Virus record (IMG/VR): IMGVR_UViG_3300027985_001318
Span: 62,001-126,000 of that record
DNA: 64,000 nt
Reading direction: 5' to 3' (one strand)
In this document: positions 9,443 to 18,937 of the stretch, piece by piece
Position numbering within the stretch: position 1 is the first letter of the stretch
Layout: the number at the start of each line of letters is the position of its first letter
Position numbers and translations under genes: made by a program
Notes under the pieces: generated by a model
The model's input: only the letters and a program-made list of their open reading frames with translations
Databases searched by the model: none
What the model was told of the DNA's origin: nothing

Positions 9443-10006
9443 ATGCTGGCTGTAGCCATTAGGCCTAATTCTCTATCGGTCATTTATCGCATTTTCAAAA
9501 GCCTGATCTCCCCAGACTCTCCCGTAGTTCAACAGGAGGTTCTGGGGGTTTTTAATGACCATATTCGGCTTTTCATGGATCCGGATTTCTTAACCGGCGA
9601 AGAATGCTATGAGTCTAGCGATACTTCATTTCTAAACGAAACTTTCGTTGAAGAGATGTTAGTAGAGCTATTCGACGAAATAGTTAACCAGTTGGCTAAG
9701 ATCGATTTGATTGCAGTTGGTCGTGAGTTAATCGTCTCGAAGATAACCGTAATCAACGATACCACAGCTTTGGTCGAATATTATTTTAAGGAGATCAGCA
9801 ATGACCGCAATACTGTCGCAAGTACCAATCGGCTCGACAGTTTCCTTCGAAACGTACGCCCCTCAGATCATCGGAGCCGTAATATCGGACGCCGTGGTGT
9901 TGTCACATTTGGACGCAGAAAGCGTAAGAATGCTCGGTGGGGATCCGTACAGCAAACACGCCCAGATTTATCCGCTACTCCCGAGTGGTACGGTAGACGA
10001 CGCTGA
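9443..10006 (+). CDS. small protein, array member 7
   Basis: TAAGGA RBS, ATG 9443; C-terminus overlaps the next gene by 206 nt. Confidence 0.65.
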   Translation: MLAVAIRPNSLSVIYRIFKSLISPDSPVVQQEVLGVFNDHIRLFMDPDFLTGEECYESSDTSFLNETFVEEMLVELFDEIVNQLAKIDLIAVGRELIVSKITVINDTTALVEYYFKEISNDRNTVASTNRLDSFLRNVRPSDHRSRNIGRRGVVTFGRRKRKNARWGSVQQTRPDLSATPEWYGRRR

Positions 10007-10211
10007 GGCATATACCTACCTCAAACTCCGTTTGGTATCTAACCAAACGGTTTTCATTGGGTTGAACTGGATCCGTGAAGATACCATAGAGGCTACTCAA
10101 CGACATCGTGCTGAGGTGGTGGTTGAGGACGTTGGGCCGAGCGATGTTGAAAACATCCGCTTGGCTTTGGTTAGCAACGGGTTTACTAAACTCAGTATCA
10201 AACTGTCTTAA
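9801..10211 (+). CDS. conserved protein (phiKZ gp49-like, SH3-like)
   Basis: TAAGGAG RBS; recalled motifs HAQIYPLLP..T.DD, IGLNWI; directly upstream of DNA polymerase. Confidence 0.75.
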   Translation: MTAILSQVPIGSTVSFETYAPQIIGAVISDAVVLSHLDAESVRMLGGDPYSKHAQIYPLLPSGTVDDAEAYTYLKLRLVSNQTVFIGLNWIREDTIEATQRHRAEVVVEDVGPSDVENIRLALVSNGFTKLSIKLS

Positions 10212-10243
10212 AAAAAGTAGGGGGGTTGCCCCTACTTTTTTTT
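10210..10243 (+). terminator. intrinsic terminator
   Basis: GTAGGGG..CCCCTAC followed by T8. Confidence 0.75.
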
Positions 10244-10305
10244 CAGTTTATTTGAACCAGCTGTACCGTTTTATAGAAGCTAGGTATTTTTTAGGGTTGA
10301 CTAAG

Positions 10306-12483
10306 ATGAAATATCAGATAACTACCAGCAAACGCGGTATAGAAGTAATCAATCCATTTGTGCTAAACAAAGAACATTATAAACGCAGTATCGATATGTT
10401 CAGCTATGCCGAACAACAATACGCTCTGTATTTGCGAATCATGACAGGTGACGATTATGAGAAATGTCTAGACTTCGTGAAACGAGCTTTTGGGAAAGAC
10501 GGTCGATTCAAGAAACAAAGCCCTCAAGTACTAGTGCTGTCAAGACATACCGAGGCTAATCGCGAAAAAGAAACCATCGATTTCGATGACTTGTTACGTG
10601 ATGTGGTGGCGAAAGACCGTATCATGTCGCCAAGTATGGCGGTATACCACTCACCAAAAGTCAAAGAATCCATCGTAGCCAAGTTCATTGGTGAAAACGT
10701 AGGTTTGCGCGGTAAAGCAAAAAAAGAAATGTTCGCAGCAGATCGTGCCGGTAACAAGATACTCGAGGCAATCAAAGACGGAGAACAAGGTTCTTACAAA
10801 ACCTCTAATAACTCACTATCTGGTGCACAGCTTTCCAAATACTCTCCGTTGTGGTTACCGTCGGCACATTCATCGCTAACCAGTACTTGCCGCACAGCAG
10901 CTGCATACGCCAATGCTAACAACGAAAAACTTCTACACGGTAACCGCCATTATTACAACCCAGAGGTTGTTACAGAGAACATTGTAGCCATCATTTACCA
11001 GACGGACATGACGGCTTTTGAACAAATAGTTAATCGTTATAGTCTCTATATCCCGACAGCAGATGATTGCTGGAATGAGATTGTTCGCAGTGCAAAGTTT
11101 TATAACTGGGTGAATGAAATCACTAAGGCCCCTATTTTCTCCCTCCTAGAACGTTGTAGTGGGTTGGAGAGAGCTGCTTTCCTTTATACCGGAGATCTGT
11201 ACCAGGTAGCTAAGTACAATGACGCTATGATGCGCGAGTTTATTGGGAAGTGGATCACTATCCCAGAAGTTGGTTTGGTAGATAATCCAGAGGACTATTT
11301 CGAAACCCTTAACTCAGATTCTACAGCTTACATCTGTAGTCTTTGTGCGCATTTGACAGAGAACCGGGATTTCAAAACTCTTAAAGAAGTCGACCCGAAA
11401 GCTTATCAAATAGTCGGCACGCGAATAAAACAGACCTATGACGTGATGAAGGAGTATTCAGACTTCATTTACACAATTATGACTACTTCTGTAGTTCCTC
11501 ACAGTGTAGCTATGTTTACCGAAGCTACAAGACGAGCCGGTGTGGTGTCAGATACCGACTCAACTATCTTTACGGTGCAGAACTGGGTTGAGTGGTATAC
11601 TGGGGAGATCTCCATTAACCGCACAGCCAACGCTATCCGCAACGTAACTATCTACTTTGCATCACAGTCCATCATTCACGTTTTAGCTATGATGTCCGCC
11701 AATATGGGCGTTATTCGCGAACTAATACATCAGTTGGCGATGAAGAACGAGTTTGCATTCCCAGTATTTGGGTTGACCTCAATGGCCAAGCATTACTACG
11801 CACTTCAAGCTGAGCGTGAAGGTTTGGTTTATGATGTGCCTAAGATGGAAATAAAAGGCGTTGGGATGAAGAATTCCAAAGCCCCGCCTAAGGTAACCAA
11901 GGCCGCCAAGGACTTCGTGAAACGCGCAATGAACCAAATACTCCATGGCGGTAAAGTAGAGATAATCCCAGAGCTGAGAAAAATAGGTGATCTTGAAAGA
12001 GAAATCTTTCAAGCCCTTCGTGACGGTAAGTCAGATCTTCTTAGCCGAATGGAAGTAAAGCCGGCAGATAGTTACCCGAACCCGAACAAGTTATCTACTC
12101 CTTACGGATATCACATGTTCTGGGAAAAGGTATTTGCTCCTAAGTACGGTAGTGCTCCAGAACCCACCTATCGTGGGATCAAAGTATCCCTAGATGCAGG
12201 TAAGGCAACCAGTTATCGTGAATGGCAAGACTCCATAGCGGATGAGGGCATACGGCAACGGCTGAAAGAATGGGTAATGGAACATCGCAAAACTGGCATC
12301 ACCACAATGGTTGTTCCGGAAACCATCGCTGACCGCATAGGTATTCCGGAAGAGCTAGTGTTAGGTATGAACCTTCGAAAGCTGGTTTATACCACGATGT
12401 CAACTTTCTACCTGGAACTGGAACCTTTCGGCTTCTATTTCAACAACCCCAACATAACCAGGCTAGTTTCCGACCATTACTAG
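10306..12483 (+). CDS. family B DNA polymerase, palm subunit (phiKZ gp50-like)
   Basis: Motif B KTSNNSLSG, motif C VSDTDS, K.YYA, EIKGV; likely start ATG 10306. Confidence 0.88.
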   Translation: MKYQITTSKRGIEVINPFVLNKEHYKRSIDMFSYAEQQYALYLRIMTGDDYEKCLDFVKRAFGKDGRFKKQSPQVLVLSRHTEANREKETIDFDDLLRDVVAKDRIMSPSMAVYHSPKVKESIVAKFIGENVGLRGKAKKEMFAADRAGNKILEAIKDGEQGSYKTSNNSLSGAQLSKYSPLWLPSAHSSLTSTCRTAAAYANANNEKLLHGNRHYYNPEVVTENIVAIIYQTDMTAFEQIVNRYSLYIPTADDCWNEIVRSAKFYNWVNEITKAPIFSLLERCSGLERAAFLYTGDLYQVAKYNDAMMREFIGKWITIPEVGLVDNPEDYFETLNSDSTAYICSLCAHLTENRDFKTLKEVDPKAYQIVGTRIKQTYDVMKEYSDFIYTIMTTSVVPHSVAMFTEATRRAGVVSDTDSTIFTVQNWVEWYTGEISINRTANAIRNVTIYFASQSIIHVLAMMSANMGVIRELIHQLAMKNEFAFPVFGLTSMAKHYYALQAEREGLVYDVPKMEIKGVGMKNSKAPPKVTKAAKDFVKRAMNQILHGGKVEIIPELRKIGDLEREIFQALRDGKSDLLSRMEVKPADSYPNPNKLSTPYGYHMFWEKVFAPKYGSAPEPTYRGIKVSLDAGKATSYREWQDSIADEGIRQRLKEWVMEHRKTGITTMVVPETIADRIGIPEELVLGMNLRKLVYTTMSTFYLELEPFGFYFNNPNITRLVSDHY

Positions 12484-12496
12484 CTAAGGAGTTAAT

Positions 12497-12607
12497 ATGG
12501 CTAAGAAGAAAAGCCGTAGTAACGAAACCAATAAGTCTTTTGATAAGATGCTGAAGGGTTTCGTGGACGCCAGGCTTTATCCAATCAAGCTGAAAAAAGC
12601 TGCGTAA
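12497..12607 (+). CDS. 36-aa basic peptide not in the ORF track
   Basis: TAAGGAG RBS; MAKKKSRSNETNKSFDKMLKGFVDARLYPIKLKKAA; lies between the polymerase stop and a terminator. Confidence 0.6.
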   Translation: MAKKKSRSNETNKSFDKMLKGFVDARLYPIKLKKAA

Positions 12608-12638
12608 AAAAAAAGGAGGGCGAAAGCCCTCCTTTTTT
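12606..12638. terminator. bidirectional terminator
   Basis: A9-GGAGGGC-GAAA-GCCCTCC-T6 between convergent genes. Confidence 0.85.
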
Positions 12639-13737
12639 ATTGCGATAGCAAAATCTTCATGGTTGTTTCGATCTCTTCGACCAAACCAAAAGGTAGGCGT
12701 TGCTTGAAAGTACCATCACGTAAAGCGATAGATAGCTCACGTTTCAGTTGTGCCTTATAGGTCTGATTCCCGCCACCTTCATTTGTTTCATCGAGAGTGA
12801 AAAGGAAATCCACATAGTTCAACTGAGCTATGAACAAAGCCCAACTGATCTGTTTGGTTACCAGAACATTCGGTAGACGAACCAGATCGATAAGATCAAC
12901 GTTGTTCTCTGCCAACGGCACCGTATGTAAGATTTCCCCAAAACTAGCTTTATAACCTACAATACGGTCCAGTACGACGTTAACCAGCTCACGCAGCTTA
13001 GCATTATAGTTAGGTAAGCCAATCGGCAGACGTCTAACCAGGTCACTTACTGGACGCTGCTGGAGCGATGCGTTGAGTCGGTTAAAGAGAGCAATATTAA
13101 GATGGTCTTCGATCAAAGCAGATAGCACAAAGCGATGAACAAAGTGCGTTATTCCTTCCGGCGCATCTGAATTGATTTCTAATTGATGTAAGCGAAATGC
13201 TCGATACTGAGTACAGAGAAGAGGGATATCGATCGAATAGACAACTAGACCAGTTTCGGCACCAAGTGATCGACCATCAGGTACAGTCAAACCAACACTA
13301 GTCACCGGATGAGTCAGTAGTCTAACTGGATTACTGATGTCTAAGCCGAAGTTATTGTCAGGACCGAAGTTCAGGTTCTCATCGTTGTAGTTATTAATAG
13401 CTACCGGGATTTCCGTATTACCTTTACCATATAGCCAAGGTACTTCAGATACCGTACCGCGATAAGAAGGAGATGAGATCTTTAGAGCGCTAGCTATCTC
13501 GTAAGAGACGTCAGTGACGTTATCAAAGTATTTTCTTACGTCATTGCCATGTTCTATAGGAGTCGATTCAATCAGCTTTACTAACAGATGTTCACTCCGT
13601 ACAGCAAAGTGAGAATCACGAAAAAAATCCCTGTAACGTTCGATGTTAGAACGCGTACCGGACCGAGCTACTTCAAATCCAGGGTAACTATAACCACCCC
13701 TTGTTGCAGTGCTGAGTTTCTGTAGTGTCGTGAACAT
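12637..13737 (-). CDS. conserved virion protein (phiKZ gp52-like)
   Basis: Synteny (divergent from chmA); likely start ATG 13737. Confidence 0.6.
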   Translation of the reverse strand: MFTTLQKLSTATRGGYSYPGFEVARSGTRSNIERYRDFFRDSHFAVRSEHLLVKLIESTPIEHGNDVRKYFDNVTDVSYEIASALKISSPSYRGTVSEVPWLYGKGNTEIPVAINNYNDENLNFGPDNNFGLDISNPVRLLTHPVTSVGLTVPDGRSLGAETGLVVYSIDIPLLCTQYRAFRLHQLEINSDAPEGITHFVHRFVLSALIEDHLNIALFNRLNASLQQRPVSDLVRRLPIGLPNYNAKLRELVNVVLDRIVGYKASFGEILHTVPLAENNVDLIDLVRLPNVLVTKQISWALFIAQLNYVDFLFTLDETNEGGGNQTYKAQLKRELSIALRDGTFKQRLPFGLVEEIETTMKILLSQ

Positions 13738-13899
13738 AGTGGTGTGTTCCGAAAAAATGATGTTGATGTCATACGATGAGCCCACGTTAAAAAATACATG
13801 GATTGTAGTATGATATAGGAGATTACTCCTTTCTAGTCCTTCGGGGCTGGGTCATTTGGGTTATGATTGATTTGTTTATCAGAATCCCAAAAAATCTCA

Positions 13900-13919
13900 C
13901 ACAGATATTACTTTAGTGA
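13900..13919 (+). promoter_or_regulatory. early promoter of chmA
   Basis: cacaGATATTACtttagtga, variant of the motif at 6889. Confidence 0.65.
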
Positions 13920-13993
13920 TGCGCAAGGAAACAGCATCGTCTTTAGCTAAAGACTTCTTTTAATGTAAGAAAAAATGTTCTAAGGAGAACAAC

Positions 13994-15967
13994 ATGGCAG
14001 TACATGACAACGGCCAAAGCAACCAAGGCCAGCCCCAGCAACCGACTGGCGGTCAGCCGCAACAGCAACAACAGACCCAACAACAAGGACCGGCTCAAAT
14101 GTCCCAACAGACTACCAACTTCAACTTCAATCCCGCGGCCGGTGCCGGCGACTTCAACCTGGACGACCTCATCGGTTCCGGTATCAGTCCCCTGGCCCCC
14201 ATCGCCGACAGCGCCAAGCTGACCGAACTGCAACAAGCCCTCCGTGAAGTGCTGTCCAAGGACGGCGGTAAGACTCTCCTGCCCGGTTTCGCTATCGACA
14301 TCGTCGATGCTGCCACTGCTCGCACCAAGGGTTCTGCGGTCCTGGTTTCTCACGCCACTCAAGTGGCCGGTGTTACCAACATCGCCGTGATGACCTGTAT
14401 CCTGGAAGCCTCTGTTGCCAACCAGTCCAAGGTGCAGTACGTTTTCAACCAACGTACCTATGAACTGGAGCCGACCGCCGGCACCAGCTGGACTTCCGCG
14501 TTCTGGAACCGTGTCGAGAACCGCATCCGCGATCAGTACGGCCGTGGCGATAACGTCAAGGTGTTCGACGTAGGTGTTATCTCTGTTCCGTTCGACTTCG
14601 ACGTCGAAGACAAGCAACATGTCCACAACCTGGCCCGGATCACTTCCAGCGCCTGCGCCATGTGCTCCGCTTCCCTGACCGGCCGTAGCGTTCGCCCCAT
14701 GAACCTGAGCGCCCAGATGCTGAAGCACAACCTCCAGCTGCAAAGCCGGGTTGACTTCACTACCAAGGATGCCAAGGATGCCGTAGGCCGTCCCGTTCGT
14801 GCCGATGTGGTTATCTCCACCTTCCTGGGCAACCAGCAACAGCAACAAGTGTACCAAGGTTACGTCGATCAAGGCCAGGACTCCGTTCCGCTGGTCAATC
14901 TGTCCGGTTATGTTGATGTCAACTACGTTGGGCCGACCCAGACCACCAACGGTGTGCAGACCCTGAACAGCACTCAGCACTACATGGCCGAGTTCGTCAT
15001 GACCGGTTTCGAAACCCGTCTGTACGACATGACCATGGAACGCCTGATGTTCATCACTGCTACCGCCTCCATGATGGATCGCGAGTTCACCTGGGCCCAC
15101 GCCATGCTGCCGAAGCCGCGGCCGGCTGATGCCAAGGGTAAGGATATCCGTGACATCGGTATCCTGGGTATCGAACAGGACTTCTTCGGCACCGGCGCCC
15201 CCAAGCGCATCGAATTCGGTGTCAACAAGGATAGCAACCAGAAGGTGGTGGAAATCTCCAACTTCCTGGCGACCCTGTTCTACAAGGAGCTGATCATCAG
15301 TATCGACTGCGATACCGTTGGCCCCAACTCCTACCTGACCAACGATCTGCTGCTGGCCGCCGGCAAGGGTGAGGCTTCCGTAGCCGCTCAATCCCGGATC
15401 CTGAACGCCTGTAACCAGCTCACCAACGGCGCTTTCGCTCCGCTGTGGGCACAGTCTGGTCTGCGTCCCGATCAGATCATCTACAACCGTAACCTGACCC
15501 TGCCGCGTAGCCAGTACGTCGACAACTCCGGTACCCTGCGTTCCGGCGCCGACCTGGACTACATCGCTCGACTGAACCTGCTGGAAAAGGATCTGCAATC
15601 CTACAACGAGTTCACTCGTACCATGGAAGATCCCAACCTGCCGAGCGAAGTCAAGCTGGCTACCCAAGAAGCTATGCTGAAGATGCTGTGGCCGACCGCC
15701 GTCGTCACTGGCGAACTGCATCGCCTGACCTGGGAACCCAAGATGTTGCAAGTCCTGGTCAAGGCCATGGAAAACGCCGGTGTGGCAATCCGTCCGGAAG
15801 GTCAACGCATCTCCGCGTGGGGCAATACCGCCATCCGTAGCAACCAAGCCCTGATGTCCTACGGTAACTTCGGGCTGTCCGCTGGCCTGTTCAACTACGG
15901 CAACAACGTAGGTGCCATGGCCGGTCCCGGTGGCTTCGGTGGTCGTATCTCCAGCTTCGGGATGTAA
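13994..15967 (+). CDS. chmA: chimallin, major phage nuclear shell protein
   Basis: 657 aa; immediately upstream of nvRNAP beta'N; motifs D.VGRPVRAD, LSGYVD, RDIG.L, D.DY; strong codon bias; Q-rich N- and G/F-rich C-terminus. Confidence 0.88.
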   Translation: MAVHDNGQSNQGQPQQPTGGQPQQQQQTQQQGPAQMSQQTTNFNFNPAAGAGDFNLDDLIGSGISPLAPIADSAKLTELQQALREVLSKDGGKTLLPGFAIDIVDAATARTKGSAVLVSHATQVAGVTNIAVMTCILEASVANQSKVQYVFNQRTYELEPTAGTSWTSAFWNRVENRIRDQYGRGDNVKVFDVGVISVPFDFDVEDKQHVHNLARITSSACAMCSASLTGRSVRPMNLSAQMLKHNLQLQSRVDFTTKDAKDAVGRPVRADVVISTFLGNQQQQQVYQGYVDQGQDSVPLVNLSGYVDVNYVGPTQTTNGVQTLNSTQHYMAEFVMTGFETRLYDMTMERLMFITATASMMDREFTWAHAMLPKPRPADAKGKDIRDIGILGIEQDFFGTGAPKRIEFGVNKDSNQKVVEISNFLATLFYKELIISIDCDTVGPNSYLTNDLLLAAGKGEASVAAQSRILNACNQLTNGAFAPLWAQSGLRPDQIIYNRNLTLPRSQYVDNSGTLRSGADLDYIARLNLLEKDLQSYNEFTRTMEDPNLPSEVKLATQEAMLKMLWPTAVVTGELHRLTWEPKMLQVLVKAMENAGVAIRPEGQRISAWGNTAIRSNQALMSYGNFGLSAGLFNYGNNVGAMAGPGGFGGRISSFGM

Positions 15968-15992
15968 GAGTCTCCGGTAACGGAAAAGACGG

Positions 15993-16024
15993 AAAGAGGG
16001 AGGCATTAGCCTCCCTCTTTTTTT
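15993..16024 (+). terminator. intrinsic terminator
   Basis: GAGGGAGGC-ATTA-GCCTCCCTC followed by T7. Confidence 0.85.
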
Positions 16025-16050
16025 ATCAATGAATCCGGAGTACTTGGCAG

Positions 16051-17358
16051 ATGAGCGCATACGTTCCTTATATCTCCAAACACGATCAATTAGAGGAGGA
16101 ATATGTCAGCGGTTTACATCTTGATATCGTTGATTTCGATTTGATGGCTGCGATTAGTTCGCGCCCTCCAGTCTACGCCAACGATCTTGATGTTAACGAA
16201 ATCGAGTCAAGACGCAAACTTCAGGATGAGCTCTACACCCACTACGAGTCGGACACCATAGACAACATCCCCGTTTGTAGCTGCCAGAAATACAAAGGCG
16301 CTCGCTATTACGGGATAGTCTGTGATCGTTGCGGTTCAGAGGTAATGATTCCCTCGGAACGGCCAATAGAATCCGCTCTTTGGATCCGCGCCCCAGAAGG
16401 CGTTCCTGGTCTGATAAACCCATTAGTTTACAGTAACTTGGTAGCGACCTTCAAGAAAAACGGCGTAAGTATCATTGAGTGGTTGATCGACCCGTATTAC
16501 AAGCCCCCGAAAAATAACAGCGGCCAAGTAATTGCTCGACTGGAAGCTTTAGGGGTGCAGCGTGGCTTGAAGAACTTCATCTTCAACTTCGACCAAATCA
16601 TCACCATCCTCACAGCTAATACGTTGTTCAGCAACAAAAAGAAAGCGCCTCTGCAACGTTTCAAGGAATGGATCGACCGTAACAGAGATCGTCTGTTCCC
16701 CCAAGCTTTGCCGATACCATCCAAGCTTTCCTTCATTCTGGAAGACTTGGCGGTTGGTCGCTTCGCTGACCACAACATGGCTGATGCTCTGGATGCGGTA
16801 AGTACCATAGCGTCACTGAACTCTGGCATAACGGCACCTTCACAGCAACAACGTGAAAGTCGTGCAGTGAAAGCCTGTGCTCAACTGGCCTCTTTCTACG
16901 AAGGTCAATGTCGTAGTAGCCTTGGTGATAAACCTGGGCTGTTTAGACGCCACGTTTTTGGTACAAGACCAGCAATGAGTTTCCGGGCAGTAATCACCTC
17001 GCTGTCGGCTAACCACCGATATGATGAGATGCACTTGCCTTGGTCGCTCTCTGTGTCACTCTTCAGGGTCCATATCTACAACTACTTGTTGAAGATGGGA
17101 CTTTCTCCACTGGAATGTCGTAAACAAATCGCTGAAGCGATCATCAAATTTGATCCGGTAATTTACGATATCCTGAACAACCTTATTTCCACCCACAGCT
17201 CCGGTAAAGGTTGGCCTTCGTTCTTGCAACGAAACCCTTCACTGAAGCGTTTGTCTGCTCAACGTCTCTTCATTACCAAAATCAAAACAGATGTCGAAGA
17301 TTACACGATTTCGTTCTCTGTTCTTGTACTTAAGGGAATGAACGCTGACTTTGACGGT
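16051..17358 (+). CDS. non-virion RNAP beta'-N subunit (gp55-like), exon 1
   Basis: Zn ribbon CSC...CDRC, KPGLFRRHVFG.R, RAVI, RNPSL, ends NADFDG. Confidence 0.9.
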
Positions 17359-18725
17359 AGAGCATTGCCGTCAATAGTTTCTTGGTTTCTGTGGCTAAGA
17401 AACTTACTAAACTCATCTAACTGCTGGAAGTACGTAATATAGTAGCAACCAAAGCGGAACTGGAAACGGTAGACGTCATGGTATGAAAATGGTTACTATT
17501 AGCTCGTCGTGAGACGTCAAAATCGTTAATCAGCAACGAAGCACCTTAAACTACGAAAGTAATCCTACTCCTAGGAGTGTGTGTGTTCAGAGACTATCGA
17601 AACCACATCGATGCAATGTCGATGGAAGGGAGTAGAGTAGGGGAAACCCGAAACGGTGAGTATTGGCCACATTTGAGCCAGTAAAGATATAGCCCACAAT
17701 GTTCTGTTTCCTAGTTTCATCTTCCAGGAGGTGAAATGAAGAAAGAAATCCCAGGAACTGTAAATTATAGCGCTGATGACCGTGGAATTATTTACGGCCC
17801 AGATGGTAATGTGAGAAACACCTATCGGAATGGCGATGGTTATATCACTACACTAATCAAGACCGACAATGGTATTTTCCGAACTGTTGGTGTTCATCGA
17901 TTAGTGGCGCTAGCTTTTAAGGCCGAGGAACGTTCGCCAGAGAAATTCCAAATCAATCATCTTGATGGAAACATTGAAAACAATGTCCCAGACAACCTCG
18001 ATTGGGAAACTCCAGCAAACAATAACCTACACGCATCCTTAGTTTCAGAAGGGTACGAACGAAAGATCGTTACTGTAAATCAAAAAGGTTCAGTTAACTA
18101 CTTCAAGAATCTTCGCGAAGTGGCTGTTTTTGCCAATTCAAAAATAGGCGATGTCTGGAAAGCTTTCAGAGACAAAGAACAGATAGCTGGACTAAGTATT
18201 TACATTAATCTAAACCTCGGGCCAGAATTTCATCTAACCAAGATCAAAAACAGAGACCATTTAGGTAGACAGATAAAACGAAATCTTAAGATGCAAAACC
18301 TAGAAACAGGAGAAATTAAACTAGGCCATGCTTCTGAATTAGCTAGATTTTTCGGAGTCTCTACAGCGCACATTACTACCTCAGTAACAGAAGAAATTCT
18401 GCATTTATTCAACGAAAAATGGATAATTGTAGATGAATGCTCGGAGTTTCCAGAAATAGATAACGAAACCTGGCTATATCTGAAAGAACGTGGAAAATCA
18501 AAACCTGTCTTTGCAATCGATCCAAGCAATCGACAAGTTATTTTACGTTTTAAAAGTGCAGCCGAGTTCGTTAGAAATTCTGGTCTGAGTAAGAAAGCTG
18601 TTACTGTTAGGTTGAAAGCGAGTAAGTGCGGTAAACTAGATGGTTGGGCGTTTGGTTACCAAGATTGTTTAGATGAACAATCGTTAAAAGAAATGTAAAG
18701 AACTGGGAAACAGAACGGTTTTACG
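17359..18725 (+). mobile_element. group I intron in nvRNAP beta'
   Basis: P1 TTGACGGT/GCCGTCAA with U-G at the splice site; P AACTGCTGGAA, Q AATCAGCA, R GTTCAGAGACTA, S AAGATATAGCCC; terminal G18725; splicing restores NADFDGD. Confidence 0.9.
17736..18698 (+). CDS. intron-encoded HNH homing endonuclease
   Basis: VHRLVALAF...INHLDGNIENN..DNLDW; NUMOD1-like C-terminal repeats; AT-rich. Confidence 0.9.
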   Translation: MKKEIPGTVNYSADDRGIIYGPDGNVRNTYRNGDGYITTLIKTDNGIFRTVGVHRLVALAFKAEERSPEKFQINHLDGNIENNVPDNLDWETPANNNLHASLVSEGYERKIVTVNQKGSVNYFKNLREVAVFANSKIGDVWKAFRDKEQIAGLSIYINLNLGPEFHLTKIKNRDHLGRQIKRNLKMQNLETGEIKLGHASELARFFGVSTAHITTSVTEEILHLFNEKWIIVDECSEFPEIDNETWLYLKERGKSKPVFAIDPSNRQVILRFKSAAEFVRNSGLSKKAVTVRLKASKCGKLDGWAFGYQDCLDEQSLKEM

Positions 18726-18893
18726 GACGCTCTCAACGGTCTCATTATTCTTGACGACCGGATGGGTAAAGCAGCAGAACGGCTGGCTACATACCACGGT
18801 ATGTTGGATTTGCAAAAGCCGTACAGGATTTCTGACGACATGGCTCTTCAAGGTCCTGTGATCAGTACGATCGATGAATGGCTACGTTCTTAG
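18726..18893 (+). CDS. nvRNAP beta'-N exon 2 (gp56.1-like), 55 aa
   Basis: DALNGLIILDDRMGKAAERLATYHGMLDLQKPYRISDDMALQGPVISTIDEWLRS; spliced product 491 aa. Confidence 0.85.
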   Translation, partial: DALNGLIILDDRMGKAAERLATYHGMLDLQKPYRISDDMALQGPVISTIDEWLRS

Positions 18894-18937
18894 TAACGTA
18901 ACCAGGCTATTTATGGCAGAAAGCAAAAGAGGTAACT

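Noticed and set aside
10108-10305. Extended starts of the DNA polymerase (and of ORFs at 2977, 7685, 9377, 58510, 61122)
   Set aside because: They cross terminators or upstream genes; downstream ATG starts fit better, most with clear RBS
13943-16060. 705-aa antisense ORF over chmA (also 55768..56700, 57187..58284, 58534..59829, 4613..5473)
   Set aside because: Codon-aligned shadows of strongly biased sense genes that avoid TTA/CTA/TCA; no RBS or motifs
17359-17442. Track C-terminus of RNAP (RALPSIV...)
   Set aside because: Read-through into the intron; the true end is exon 2
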